NCBI GenBank assembly: GCA_964478655.1
Contig: CAYZJR010000038.1
Span: forward strand, 1-55,916
Length of the DNA: 55,916 bases
DNA from: an uncultured Candidatus Obscuribacterales bacterium
GTDB lineage: Bacteria; Cyanobacteriota; Vampirovibrionia; Obscuribacterales; Obscuribacteraceae
Direction of reading: 5' to 3'
The notes below the pieces were generated by a model. The model ran no database searches and was not told the origin of the DNA. It saw only the letters and a program-made list of their open reading frames with translations. Both the position numbers and the translations under genes were made by a program. Shown here in pieces: positions 10,232 to 19,464 of the stretch (position 1 is the first letter of the stretch; the number at the start of each line of letters is the position of its first letter).

Positions 10232-11164
10232 ATGGCATCCGAAGAATTCAGAAAACTCCTCTCCATGCTTTTCAAATCGCATCCGTGGCACGGTGTCTCA
10301 CCGGGCGAACGCGCACCACATGTGGTGCGATCGTACGTCGAGATCGTCCCCACGGAGGCAGTGAAGCTGGAGTTGGACAAAGCGACTGGTCACCTTCATG
10401 TCGACCGGCCGCAACGTTTCTCATCGATGTGTCCGACTCTGTACGGCTACATCCCTCTCACCTACTGTGGCGAAGAGATTGCGAAGCGCTGCATGCAGCG
10501 CACGAAACTCCGCCGCGTCGAAGGTGATGGCGACCCGCTGGACATCTGCGTTCTCACCGAGAAGGACTTCGCTCACGGGGACTTGCTCCTCCAGGCGCGT
10601 CCCATCGGCGGTCTGCGCATGGTGGACAAGGCGGGCTCCAAGCCGTCGCAAAAGGGCTCTTCGCCCTATCAGGCGGACGACAAGATCATCGCGGTGCTGG
10701 AAAACGATGCCACGTACGGTGACATCACCGACATCTCGGAGTGCCCTCCGGCCGTCATCGAGCGGCTGAAGCACTACTTCGAGAGCTACAAGCGGGCCCC
10801 TGGTGACAACGCCAAGAAGCCCACAGTGCAGATCATGGAGGTCTACGGTCGCGATGAAGCGCAGCGCGTGATTCGCGCCGCGCAGGCCGATTACCTCGCC
10901 GACTACGGCACGCAAGAGCAGCGGCTCGACCGGCTCTATGAGCTGTTGTGCAAGGGGCTGATGGAGAAGCTCCTGGCTGACGACGCCGATCCGGCGTTGC
11001 TCGTCAAGATTCTCCAGAAGGCGGCGCAGAGCGGTGCCCTGTCCAAGGTGCTGGGTGGCAACGTGGGTCCGGCCCGCAAGCTTCCCGGCAAGCCGTCGGG
11101 CAAGCGCAAGCCTGCGCCTGCACGCAAGCGCGCCGGCACACCGCGCGCCAAGAGCAAGAAGTAG
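10232..11164 (+). CDS. ppa: family I soluble inorganic pyrophosphatase with Lys/Ala/Pro-rich C-terminal tail
   Basis: HPWHGV, YVEIVPT, VDR, YGYIP, EGDGDPLDIC, DKIIAV and HYFESYK conserved PPase blocks; tail KLPGKPSGKRKPAPARKRAGTPRAKSKK; start at MASEEF with gaggag RBS. Confidence 0.8.
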   Translation: MASEEFRKLLSMLFKSHPWHGVSPGERAPHVVRSYVEIVPTEAVKLELDKATGHLHVDRPQRFSSMCPTLYGYIPLTYCGEEIAKRCMQRTKLRRVEGDGDPLDICVLTEKDFAHGDLLLQARPIGGLRMVDKAGSKPSQKGSSPYQADDKIIAVLENDATYGDITDISECPPAVIERLKHYFESYKRAPGDNAKKPTVQIMEVYGRDEAQRVIRAAQADYLADYGTQEQRLDRLYELLCKGLMEKLLADDADPALLVKILQKAAQSGALSKVLGGNVGPARKLPGKPSGKRKPAPARKRAGTPRAKSKK

Positions 11165-11388
11165 GAAGCGAGGCACTACAACTGGTGCTGCCCTCGCTCC
11201 CTTCCATCAACAACACAAAACACGGAGAACATTGCATGAACACCTTCGTTCTTCCGGCAGCGGGTGCGGTCTTCTAGGGACCGTACCGCGACTGCCCGGC
11301 TCAGTCAAAAGACTGACTGTCGCTCCACTCTGGTGCGGCAGTAATCGTTAGCCGGCCACGGTGCGGTCTTCTGAAAGGAGACTGCATT

Positions 11389-11634
11389 ATGGCTCGTTCG
11401 TATCGTCACTCGCCGTTCATCGGCTTCTGCTCGCACTCCGACAAGCCCGGCAAGGTCATCGCCAACCGTCGCCTTCGCGCCCGTGTGCGCCAGGCGATCG
11501 TCAACTGCCGCGATTTCGACAATCTTGTCGTGCCCGTGCTCCGCGAGGTTTCTGATGTCTGGGACTTCCCCAAGGATGGGAAGGGCCGCATCAAGAAGTC
11601 CTGGCCGGAGTACGCGAAGCTCATGCGCAAGTAG
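11389..11634 (+). CDS. small basic hypothetical protein (81 aa)
   Basis: Strong RBS aaggag 8 nt upstream; GC3 bias; TAG stop. Confidence 0.5.
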   Translation: MARSYRHSPFIGFCSHSDKPGKVIANRRLRARVRQAIVNCRDFDNLVVPVLREVSDVWDFPKDGKGRIKKSWPEYAKLMRK

Positions 11635-11886
11635 ACAACCGCCACCACTTCGCAAGAAGCGGTGGCGAGTGACTCCCTAACACTGGTTCGAGCGCCGGTC
11701 CGCGCACCGCATTCGGTGCGGGCGTGGGCCGGTGTCTCGAACTTTCGGGGTCTCAAAGCCCCATCATCTTCCTACCTTGCCCTGCAATACGACGCAATCT
11801 GCGTCGCTGGCTAAAGTCCGTGGCCGCTCTGCCACCAGTAAGCCAGGCTTGGGTGAGAGGACCAATGAGCATAAGGATTTCCAAAC

Positions 11887-12504
11887 ATGACCGTTCACAA
11901 CATCTATTTCGACCGACAGTCCGTCGCCGACGGGCCCGACATGCCCGGCCGCCTCCGCGTGGAGCTCAAGGATCTCAACCAACTTCCCGGCGACGTGAAG
12001 ATGACGGTGGAGCACTCGAGCAACTCGCACTGGGGCCGCCTCGGCCACTGGCATGAAGTCTCCTGCACGACCGAGGGGCTTCGCCAGGCAGCCATCGCGC
12101 TGGTGGAGTTCCATCAGATGGTCGCCCGTAAGCTCGGGCTTCCCGAAGTGCTCGACTTCGCGTACGACTATGCGGAAAACGTCCAGGGCGAACAGACCTT
12201 CGTCTGCCGCGTGATCGTGAGCTCTCCTCTTCCGTCGTGCATGGTCACGAAGGAAATGGACGTCTCCGATTTCATCTGGCGCGTGCGTTTCGCAATGTAC
12301 GAAAAGGGCACCGACCCTGCCAAGGCGAAGCTCTTCCGTGAATCCGATACCGCATACGATGCGCTTCGGTTCGCGGTGATGCAGCTGCTCAAGGCGAAGG
12401 TGCTTCACCTTCGTGCCCTCAGGCTGCCCGACACGTGCAACTGGTCGGACGTCGCCAAGGCGATTGAGTCGCGCGCCTCAAAGCGCTCGAGGTCGTCGAA
12501 GTAA
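11887..12504 (+). CDS. hypothetical protein with basic C-terminus
   Basis: RBS aagga upstream; GC3 bias. Confidence 0.5.
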   Translation: MTVHNIYFDRQSVADGPDMPGRLRVELKDLNQLPGDVKMTVEHSSNSHWGRLGHWHEVSCTTEGLRQAAIALVEFHQMVARKLGLPEVLDFAYDYAENVQGEQTFVCRVIVSSPLPSCMVTKEMDVSDFIWRVRFAMYEKGTDPAKAKLFRESDTAYDALRFAVMQLLKAKVLHLRALRLPDTCNWSDVAKAIESRASKRSRSSK

Positions 12505-12603
12505 GAAGGAGCGCTGTTGCGCTCATGTCAGCAGCCGAGTAAGACTGTGCCGCTGACCTAGGATGCAGTCCACCGGTCCAACTGGGACCAAAGAGGATTT
12601 GGT

Positions 12604-13038
12604 ATGACCTACCACATTCAAGTCGCCTTCTCGACGTGCACCCACTGGAGGAATCATGCACTGCTCGTCGAGCGTCTGGGAGTCGCTTTTCCGGCAGCCG
12701 AGGTTCATCTCGAATCCTTCGACGAGCCGTTGAGCCTCCTTCAGTTCGCCACGTTCATCGAGAGGCTCGAAGGGGGCTATCATGCCGACAGGATGCCTGT
12801 CGTCTTGAGGGTGCCTGCAACCTTCGAGCAGTTTGCCGATTTTCTGGAAGCTTTGGCCAAGGAGCACGATTTCGTCGCCTCCACCGTCAACGTCTTCGAT
12901 CCTAGCAAGGTGAATGAGTACTTCAAGGTGATGAATCTGAAGTCGCTCATCCCCATCTTGCGTACAGCCGCTCAGATGTTTGCTCCATCACTCGGTCCGG
13001 AAGAGCTCATGGAGGTTCAATCCAAGGCTCAGCGGTGA
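12604..13038 (+). CDS. hypothetical protein
   Basis: RBS-like aagagga upstream; GC3 bias. Confidence 0.45.
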   Translation: MTYHIQVAFSTCTHWRNHALLVERLGVAFPAAEVHLESFDEPLSLLQFATFIERLEGGYHADRMPVVLRVPATFEQFADFLEALAKEHDFVASTVNVFDPSKVNEYFKVMNLKSLIPILRTAAQMFAPSLGPEELMEVQSKAQR

Positions 13039-13098
13039 CGGCGTCGACAGCTGACCGTAACCCGTTCGAGCACCGGTCGCAGCACGCCGCTGCGACCG

Positions 13099-13722
13099 GT
13101 GTCTCGGACTCTCAACTTGGCTTTTTGCGAGATAGCCTACATGACTGACAAACCATCGGGTTCGCAGCAACCGGGGCCTGGTCCAAGTAAGATTGCGACC
13201 TTGCTCGTCGGTTGGTTCTTGTATCCCGTCGGTGATTTGATCGGGCAACTGATCATGGGTCACGTCAGCATCGCCAGACTGGTTGCAGTCGCCTTGATTG
13301 GCGGATTGCTTTACCGATTCGAGGTACCGGCTTGGTTTCGCTTCATCGATGGAATTCGCGTCACGCGGACGAACGGACCACTGAGGTTGTTCGCTCGTAC
13401 GGACCAAGAGCCAGCGCCGCTCAACTGGGTGGGTCGCATGCTCATGGCCATGTTGTACTTCAACCCGCTTTGGATTGCTCGCCACCTCTTCATCATCATG
13501 GTGGTGACTGCTCCGTCGTTTGGTGCAATCGCTTGGGGCTCTACCCTTGCTGCTGTGCTTTCCCTTGGGTTGGCGTCGTTCGTTACCAATCTTCCCATCT
13601 CATTGATTGGTAATTACATCGTTCAGCAAAGACTTTCACCACAAAACCGCTTCATCGGCAGTGCCACTCTCAGCGGTGTCATGGTGATCAAGTACGCGAT
13701 CGAGTACCGACTCTTCCACTGA
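13099..13722 (+). CDS. integral membrane protein (4-5 TM)
   Basis: Hydrophobic segments; true start may be the Met at 13141. Confidence 0.45.
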   Translation: MSRTLNLAFCEIAYMTDKPSGSQQPGPGPSKIATLLVGWFLYPVGDLIGQLIMGHVSIARLVAVALIGGLLYRFEVPAWFRFIDGIRVTRTNGPLRLFARTDQEPAPLNWVGRMLMAMLYFNPLWIARHLFIIMVVTAPSFGAIAWGSTLAAVLSLGLASFVTNLPISLIGNYIVQQRLSPQNRFIGSATLSGVMVIKYAIEYRLFH

Positions 13723-13875
13723 TGAAGAAGCTGATCTGATAACCGTTCAAATCCGATTCTTTCAATTGCGCTGCTCAAAGCCCCTGGTACCGGACGAAGT
13801 GTGTCCGGACCGGGGCCTGGGCTGGTGTTTTCTTTCCGCCTTCGCTACTCCTGTATGTAATACTATACATAAGAG

Positions 13876-13926
13876 TATAAAAAAGCAAGAGAAAACGCAG
13901 ACAGGCTGGTGCCTGCTGCGTTTCTC
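13876..13926 (-). terminator. rho-independent terminator for the kef-like gene
   Basis: gagaaaacgcag...ctgcgtttctc hairpin; on the minus strand it is followed by a UCUUGCUUUUUU tail. Confidence 0.55.
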
Positions 13927-13988
13927 CGGGAGTGTTGCCGACACCCCCTGCCACTCACATCCTTCGAACTTCTCGCTTGCTATTCTGG

Positions 13989-15980
13989 TTAGCTCGCGTT
14001 GGTTCTAAAGAACAGAGCAGCCTCAGTCAGCTGATCGTGCCGACCGAGTACGATGACGGCATCACCTGCGTTGATGACATCGGTTGACCGCGGATTAATC
14101 GTCTCCGTGCCGTTCTTCGCCTGAATGGCGACGACGGTTGCACCTGTCTTTGTTCGCAATCCGCTCTCGACCAGGCTCTTGCCGTCAACGGCACTGCCCG
14201 GCTCTGCGCGGAAAACTGACATCTCCAGGTGCGAAGGCACGTGCTGCAAGCCATGTCCCGGGCGGAACGACTGATGCAGAGCCACGCTGTACTTGAGCCA
14301 ATCGGCTTTCGCCTCTTGGATAAGCGTGTCCACGGTTTCATCGGCAACGTAGTACCTCTGGAGAACCCGCGTGAGGATCTCCACCGCCGAAACGAACTCC
14401 TCTGCCACGACTTCATGCGCACCGGCTTTGACGATTGCCTCGAGGTCGGGCAACTCGCGAGCGCGAGCGATGATGTGGATGTCGCGGTTTAGGCGGTGAG
14501 CCATCTCCGACGCTTGACGCGAGGAGTGACCGTCCGCCTGCGTGAGTGCAAGCACCCGCGCGCGGGCGATGCCCGCATGCAGAAGCACTTGCTCGTTGGT
14601 GGCATCGCCGTAGAAGAACGTCAGACCCCGCTTTCGCCCTTTGCGGACGGCGGAAGGATCGCTGTCGACCACGACGTACTTGATGCCCATCTTGTCGAGA
14701 ACCTTCGCCAGCTCCTGGCCTTTGACGCCATAGCCGGAGATGATAACGTGGTCTCTAATAGCCTCATCCGACGGCGCGGTGCTCGAAGAATCCGTTCCCA
14801 GCTTGCTTGCCAGTCGCGGAACTCGGCGCCCGAGCCATTCGAACAGCGATGGACCGAACTGGCACAAAGCCGGTGTGCACATCATCGAGAGAATCGCCAC
14901 CGCCAGAAAGATCTGGTTGGTGTGCGCGTCAATGACGCCATTTTCCAGCCCGATCTTGCCCAGTACGAACGAGAACTCGCTCGCCTGCGACAGTGCCAAG
15001 CCGGTCAGGACCGCAACCTTGAATGAGTGGCCCATGACGCGAGTGGCAAGACCTGCCACCACCGTCTTGAGACCAATCACCAAGATCAAGCAGCTGCCAA
15101 CCATCAGCGGCATCGACACCAGGGTTCTGATGTCGAACATCATACCGATCGAAACGAACACGAGGCAGTTGAACAGCTCGCGGAACGGCACGATTTCACC
15201 CAGCGCCTGATGGCTGTACTTGCTCTCGGAGAGCACCAACCCAGCCACGAACGCGCCAAGTGCCATCGACAAACCGACGTGTGCCGTTGCTGCTGCCATG
15301 CCCAGGCTCAGAAAGATGATGGTGAGGATGAACGCCTCACGCTTGCGCGTCTGAGCCACGTGGTCGAGAAACCAAGGCAAGCAGTAGCGAACGACGGTGA
15401 AGGTGAGAACAAGGAAGATGAGCGCCTTGCCGCCAATCCAGGCGAGGTCGGTGAAGTGCACCTCCTGCCCGCCAAGAAATGGCGTCACCAATACCATCGG
15501 CACGATGCACAGATCTTGGAAGATCAGAATGCTCAGGGCGTTCCGCCCATGCACGGCATCCAACTCGCGTCGACCCTCCAAAACTCGCAGCACAAGCGCG
15601 GTTGAACTCACCGACAAGAGCATGCCGATGAACACCGCCAAAGGCAGCGACATGCCGAAGAGGTAGGCGAGACCGGCTGCGCAAGCCAGTGTTCCACCGA
15701 CTTGCAGGGCGCCGCCGATGAGCAGAAACCGCCTCATGCGCATGAAGTGCGGAATCGAGAACTCGATGCCCAGCGAGAAGAGCAACAAGACGACGCCGAT
15801 TTCAGCGAGCAGGTCGAGCTGCTTCACGTCGTCGACGAATTTGAATCCGTAGGGTCCGCAGATGACGCCCGTGATGAGGAAGCCGAGAACCGCAGGCAGC
15901 CTCAGTTTGTGAAAAACGACTACGGCTACGAGGCCGAGTCCAAAGACCACCAGAAGGTCTTGAAGGAATGTGTGTGGCAT
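13989..15980 (-). CDS. CPA2 monovalent cation:proton antiporter (Kef/YbaL-type) with C-terminal RCK (TrkA-N/TrkA-C) domains
   Basis: 663 aa; about 12 TM N-domain; ISGYGVKGQELAKVL Rossmann motif; C-terminal TrkA-C-like beta domain. Confidence 0.85.
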   Translation of the reverse strand: MPHTFLQDLLVVFGLGLVAVVVFHKLRLPAVLGFLITGVICGPYGFKFVDDVKQLDLLAEIGVVLLLFSLGIEFSIPHFMRMRRFLLIGGALQVGGTLACAAGLAYLFGMSLPLAVFIGMLLSVSSTALVLRVLEGRRELDAVHGRNALSILIFQDLCIVPMVLVTPFLGGQEVHFTDLAWIGGKALIFLVLTFTVVRYCLPWFLDHVAQTRKREAFILTIIFLSLGMAAATAHVGLSMALGAFVAGLVLSESKYSHQALGEIVPFRELFNCLVFVSIGMMFDIRTLVSMPLMVGSCLILVIGLKTVVAGLATRVMGHSFKVAVLTGLALSQASEFSFVLGKIGLENGVIDAHTNQIFLAVAILSMMCTPALCQFGPSLFEWLGRRVPRLASKLGTDSSSTAPSDEAIRDHVIISGYGVKGQELAKVLDKMGIKYVVVDSDPSAVRKGRKRGLTFFYGDATNEQVLLHAGIARARVLALTQADGHSSRQASEMAHRLNRDIHIIARARELPDLEAIVKAGAHEVVAEEFVSAVEILTRVLQRYYVADETVDTLIQEAKADWLKYSVALHQSFRPGHGLQHVPSHLEMSVFRAEPGSAVDGKSLVESGLRTKTGATVVAIQAKNGTETINPRSTDVINAGDAVIVLGRHDQLTEAALFFRTNAS

Positions 15981-16268
15981 GGGTCAAACTTTCTCTAACA
16001 GTGGCAGCATGTCCGAACGCCGCCAGGGTTTCGAAACCTTGACCATTGGGCGGCACCCACAGGCGCCTGATACCCAACGACCCGGAGGTGGACGACCTCC
16101 GACCCGTCTCTTAAGCACGTTCCGTCTTCCAGCCTTTTGAGCCGGAAGAAACTGATGTTTCTGAGCTATTCAGTTATTTGTTCGGGAAAGGGGCGTGCTC
16201 TTGTAGATTGAGAAGAGAACCAAGGGTTATGTCTTGAGCTACAACAAATAAGGCTCTGCGATCAAATT

Positions 16269-18734
16269 TTGATTTCAGATGTAATGACGGTATTTCCCAC
16301 TTCTTCTGATATCCTCATTACGCAAGCTGCGATAGGCAAGCCCTGTAAGGGATGTACGGGCCGGAGTTTTGTTGTGAAATTCAAAAGCGAAAGGTTGATT
16401 CTGGTTGCGTCAACCGTCGTTTTGGCGCTTGGTGCATGCACAGCATTTGTAAATCAACGCTCGGAAGCAGTTGACAAAATTCTCAATGTGGCGCAGTCGG
16501 ATGCGATCAATGGTGACAACGGCAACGCAGATAAGCACTTTCAACAAGCAATCAGTGAGGCCGAAAAAATTGAAGGGAACCAATTTCCATTGGTCGATGC
16601 GCTCAATAAATATGGCAGTTTTAAAAAGCAGTGTGGGCAGAAAATCCCCAGTAAAGCCATTTTTCAGCGAGCGCTAACGATCTGCAAACAGTTTGTCGAT
16701 GCTGACTCGACTCACGACATTTCGCATAATGAGAGTGCGAAGAACTGGATGAGACAGGCTCGGACAGCCAATCTTGGGTTGGCTGAGTGTTTTGCCGATG
16801 ATGGATCTTATCGCGTGGCCGAACGATATTTTAAAGAGACGATAAAGCTTGAGGAACGTTTGGAGAGTGTCTCCAAAGCTGACGATCGCGGTGCCTCGGC
16901 GGGAACGACGGAGAGTCTGCGCTCCACAAAGACGTTGCTGCAAGACATGTTGGACAGAGAAAGACACGAGCGCACGCTACTGGAGACAGCAATTGGAGCC
17001 GACAACGTAGGTTCTAGTATTCGAGGGAAAAACCCAAGAGCTGAGTTTGTTGGCAGAATCAAAAAGGCCCTCGACGAGCCGGATCTGTTCAAGCGCGAAA
17101 AGCTCATAGCTGCACTTGCAGACGAGGCACTCAAGAAGTATGGGCCGCGCGAAGTGGAGTACCGGCTCGCCTTAGGGAAGTTGTGGCTTACGCAGTGCCA
17201 GAACGCACAGTGGCAGAAGTCGGTCGCTATGCTTGATGCGGACCTCGAGCTCTACCCGGTATCGCTTGAAAAATTGGACGACGATGACACCCTTACTCTC
17301 ATCGAAAATGTCGAATTTTTCGTAGAAGACACTTCAATGATCTTACTGTCGTTGCGTGAGTTGAAGCGGTACGATGAGGTGCTCAAACGCGGGCAGCAAG
17401 CGCAGTTGGTTGTGCAGCGATCGCGGGTTAGCTGTCCGGTGCCGATGTCTACTGTATTGCTGGAGATGTCGCGCACCAATTCGGAACTGAAACAGTACAA
17501 AGAAGCGCAGAGGCTATTGGAAGAATCTCTGAAGCTGGTTCCGCCGATAGAGTTTATGGCAGAGCGACGAGTCGAGCTTTTGAAGGAACTGCAGCGCTGC
17601 TATCGCGACCTTAACAACTGGGCAAAGGTTAGGACGACATCGGAAGAGGGGCTGCAGGTCATCAGCCAGTATCAATTGAAATCGCCGCATGAATTGGAGT
17701 TTCTCGCGGCTCTTGATGTGGCATTTGTTCGCCTTGGCGAAACGGTCTTGGCTGATTCTGTCTATCACCGAACTCTCGATCAATACAAACTGAAGGGCGA
17801 CTTTGGTTCGGCAAGAGTGTTTTATGAGCGGGTTGCTTCTATGAGGCGAGAAGCCGGTGATAAAGCCGGCGGTTACGACACTATGAAAGATCTCGAAGAG
17901 TTTGTTGCATGCAGTACTGAACCACAGCGAGAAGTCTTGCTGGCAGAGATTCTAAAGACGAAATGTGCATGGCTTGAGGCTGATGGCCGTAGAGATGAAG
18001 CCGTGCAAGCGATAATTCGCAGCGCTGAACTTGCCACTAAATATGATGCCTCGCCGATAATGGCTGCTGCAAGACTTAACGAGGCTGAGGCAGTTTGCAA
18101 TCGAGCAGGTCGCTTTGATTTGTCTGAGAAGCTTGGACGCAAAGCCGTTTCGCTCTGTGAAAAGGGCTCCGACAACGATGGTCCGCTTGTAAGCACCTTG
18201 CTGCAGCTCTCTTACCCTTTGACGCAGCTGAAGAAATATGGCGAGCAGCGAAAGGTTGCAGAAAGAGCGCTTTCAATTGTTCAAAGCAGCAAGAACAAGA
18301 ACATTCATCCATCGCATCGTCCTTCCTGTTACGTGCGTCTTGCAAATGCGGAACTCATGCTTGCTTCAAAAGGCGGTGCAGTAAAGGACCCGTCGAAGTT
18401 AGACAAGGCGCTGAAAGACCAAGCCAGTGCGCATCAAAAAACGGCAATTGAAATGCTCTCAACGAGCGAGTTTCAAAATGATCCGGACTTGCGTCCTTCC
18501 ATCGCCGAAATCGCTTTCAACTACTCGATTCTTGGTGAGTATGAGGAGTCGCTTCGCTATTTCGAGAGATTCGCTAAAGAGTATCCCGAGCAGCAAGATC
18601 CGTTTACCTTGGAACAACTAGAAGCCTATGCCGATGTGCTGAAGAAACTTCATCGCAATGACGAGGAACAGTCGATGCGCAAGCGGATCGCCAGTATGAA
18701 AAGAGTGCTTGAGCGAGCACTGGCAGTACATTGA
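16269..18734 (+). CDS. large all-helical TPR-like repeat protein, probably a lipoprotein; true start uncertain
   Basis: LILVASTVVLALGAC lipobox-like segment near the N-terminus; low-GC codon usage; TGA stop overlaps the first tandem repeat copy. Confidence 0.55.
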   Translation: MISDVMTVFPTSSDILITQAAIGKPCKGCTGRSFVVKFKSERLILVASTVVLALGACTAFVNQRSEAVDKILNVAQSDAINGDNGNADKHFQQAISEAEKIEGNQFPLVDALNKYGSFKKQCGQKIPSKAIFQRALTICKQFVDADSTHDISHNESAKNWMRQARTANLGLAECFADDGSYRVAERYFKETIKLEERLESVSKADDRGASAGTTESLRSTKTLLQDMLDRERHERTLLETAIGADNVGSSIRGKNPRAEFVGRIKKALDEPDLFKREKLIAALADEALKKYGPREVEYRLALGKLWLTQCQNAQWQKSVAMLDADLELYPVSLEKLDDDDTLTLIENVEFFVEDTSMILLSLRELKRYDEVLKRGQQAQLVVQRSRVSCPVPMSTVLLEMSRTNSELKQYKEAQRLLEESLKLVPPIEFMAERRVELLKELQRCYRDLNNWAKVRTTSEEGLQVISQYQLKSPHELEFLAALDVAFVRLGETVLADSVYHRTLDQYKLKGDFGSARVFYERVASMRREAGDKAGGYDTMKDLEEFVACSTEPQREVLLAEILKTKCAWLEADGRRDEAVQAIIRSAELATKYDASPIMAAARLNEAEAVCNRAGRFDLSEKLGRKAVSLCEKGSDNDGPLVSTLLQLSYPLTQLKKYGEQRKVAERALSIVQSSKNKNIHPSHRPSCYVRLANAELMLASKGGAVKDPSKLDKALKDQASAHQKTAIEMLSTSEFQNDPDLRPSIAEIAFNYSILGEYEESLRYFERFAKEYPEQQDPFTLEQLEAYADVLKKLHRNDEEQSMRKRIASMKRVLERALAVH

Positions 18735-18833
18735 GCGCTGACAGTACATTACATTGACCGCTGACAGGAACATTAGCCGCTGACAGTACATTGAGCGCTG
18801 ACAGTACATTAGCCGCTGACAGTAACATTGAGA
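18723..18833. repeat. tandem array of about six 18-19 bp units (GCTGACAGTACATT + 4 nt)
   Basis: Read directly in sequence: GCTGACAGTACATT, GCTGACAGGAACATT, GCTGACAGTACATT, GCTGACAGTACATT, GCTGACAGTAACATT, each with a gagc/agcc spacer. Confidence 0.8.
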
Positions 18834-18834
18834 C

Positions 18835-18940
18835 GAACTGCAGTTCCCATTTTTGGAGAAAATGAGAACTGCAGTTCCCTGCGCTCGAACTCCCACGAAC
18901 TGCAGTTCCCATTTCTGGAGAAAATGAGAACTGGAGTTCC
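18835..18940. repeat. two 45-bp direct repeats, each carrying two copies of the perfect palindrome GAACTGCAGTTC
   Basis: gaactgcagttcccatttttggagaaaatgagaactgcagttccc, 17-nt spacer, then gaactgcagttcccatttctggagaaaatgagaactggagttcc. Confidence 0.8.
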
Positions 18941-19464
18941 GGCTCCTTTCGAGCTATCGAGTTGAGTTGGAGATTTCCAGGTAGACGATGAATCGGACTG
19001 CCGCGGTTGTCATGAGTCGCTAGCTGCGCGACCCTCATAACCAAGCCCTAGCGCTTAATTTCATGACATCCCTGCGCCGCTATCGCTCTTGACAATTTCA
19101 GATTTGCGCGAGGGATTTGGCGTTGCGAGGCGCTTGACATCTGCGTAACAATCGGCTTTTACAAAGGTTCTTTACTACTCATTTCATGTGTGATGCTTTG
19201 CCTGCATTTGGTTTTCTCTCTCCACCTCGAACAACTTTCACAAAAGCAATCCAGTTCTCCTGAAGACAGCTCAGCATCTTGCGCGCGTAGTGCGGCGATG
19301 TGACACGTCTTCTTAGAGATTGGTGTGAGAGCGGCGCCAACCATGTGCATTCCTGCGGACCTTGATGGTTGCAGGACTTGAACCCAGTGCATCCCGAAGA
19401 CCTAGCGGGCTGGGATGCGCTCAATCTTCTTGCCCGCAAACAACCTCTACTAGGAGTCAAACGA

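Noticed and set aside
5800-13990. Short direct repeats (ACATAAGA) in both AT-rich flanks of the high-GC operon as candidate att sites
   Set aside because: Only 8 bp are shared, which is expected by chance in AT-rich spacers. There is no integrase, and the tRNA-like gene is 20 kb away.
18862-18927. 21-codon mini-ORF (MRTAVPCARTPTNCSSHFWRK) with GGAG RBS inside the 45-bp direct repeats
   Set aside because: Start, stop and RBS are all generated by the repeat sequence itself (GGAGAAAATGAGAAC). It is probably coincidental and is kept only as a note under the repeat finding.
18723-18940. Possible CRISPR array
   Set aside because: Units are 18 bp with 4-nt separators or only two 45-bp repeats; there are no 25-40-nt unique spacers and no cas genes in the window.
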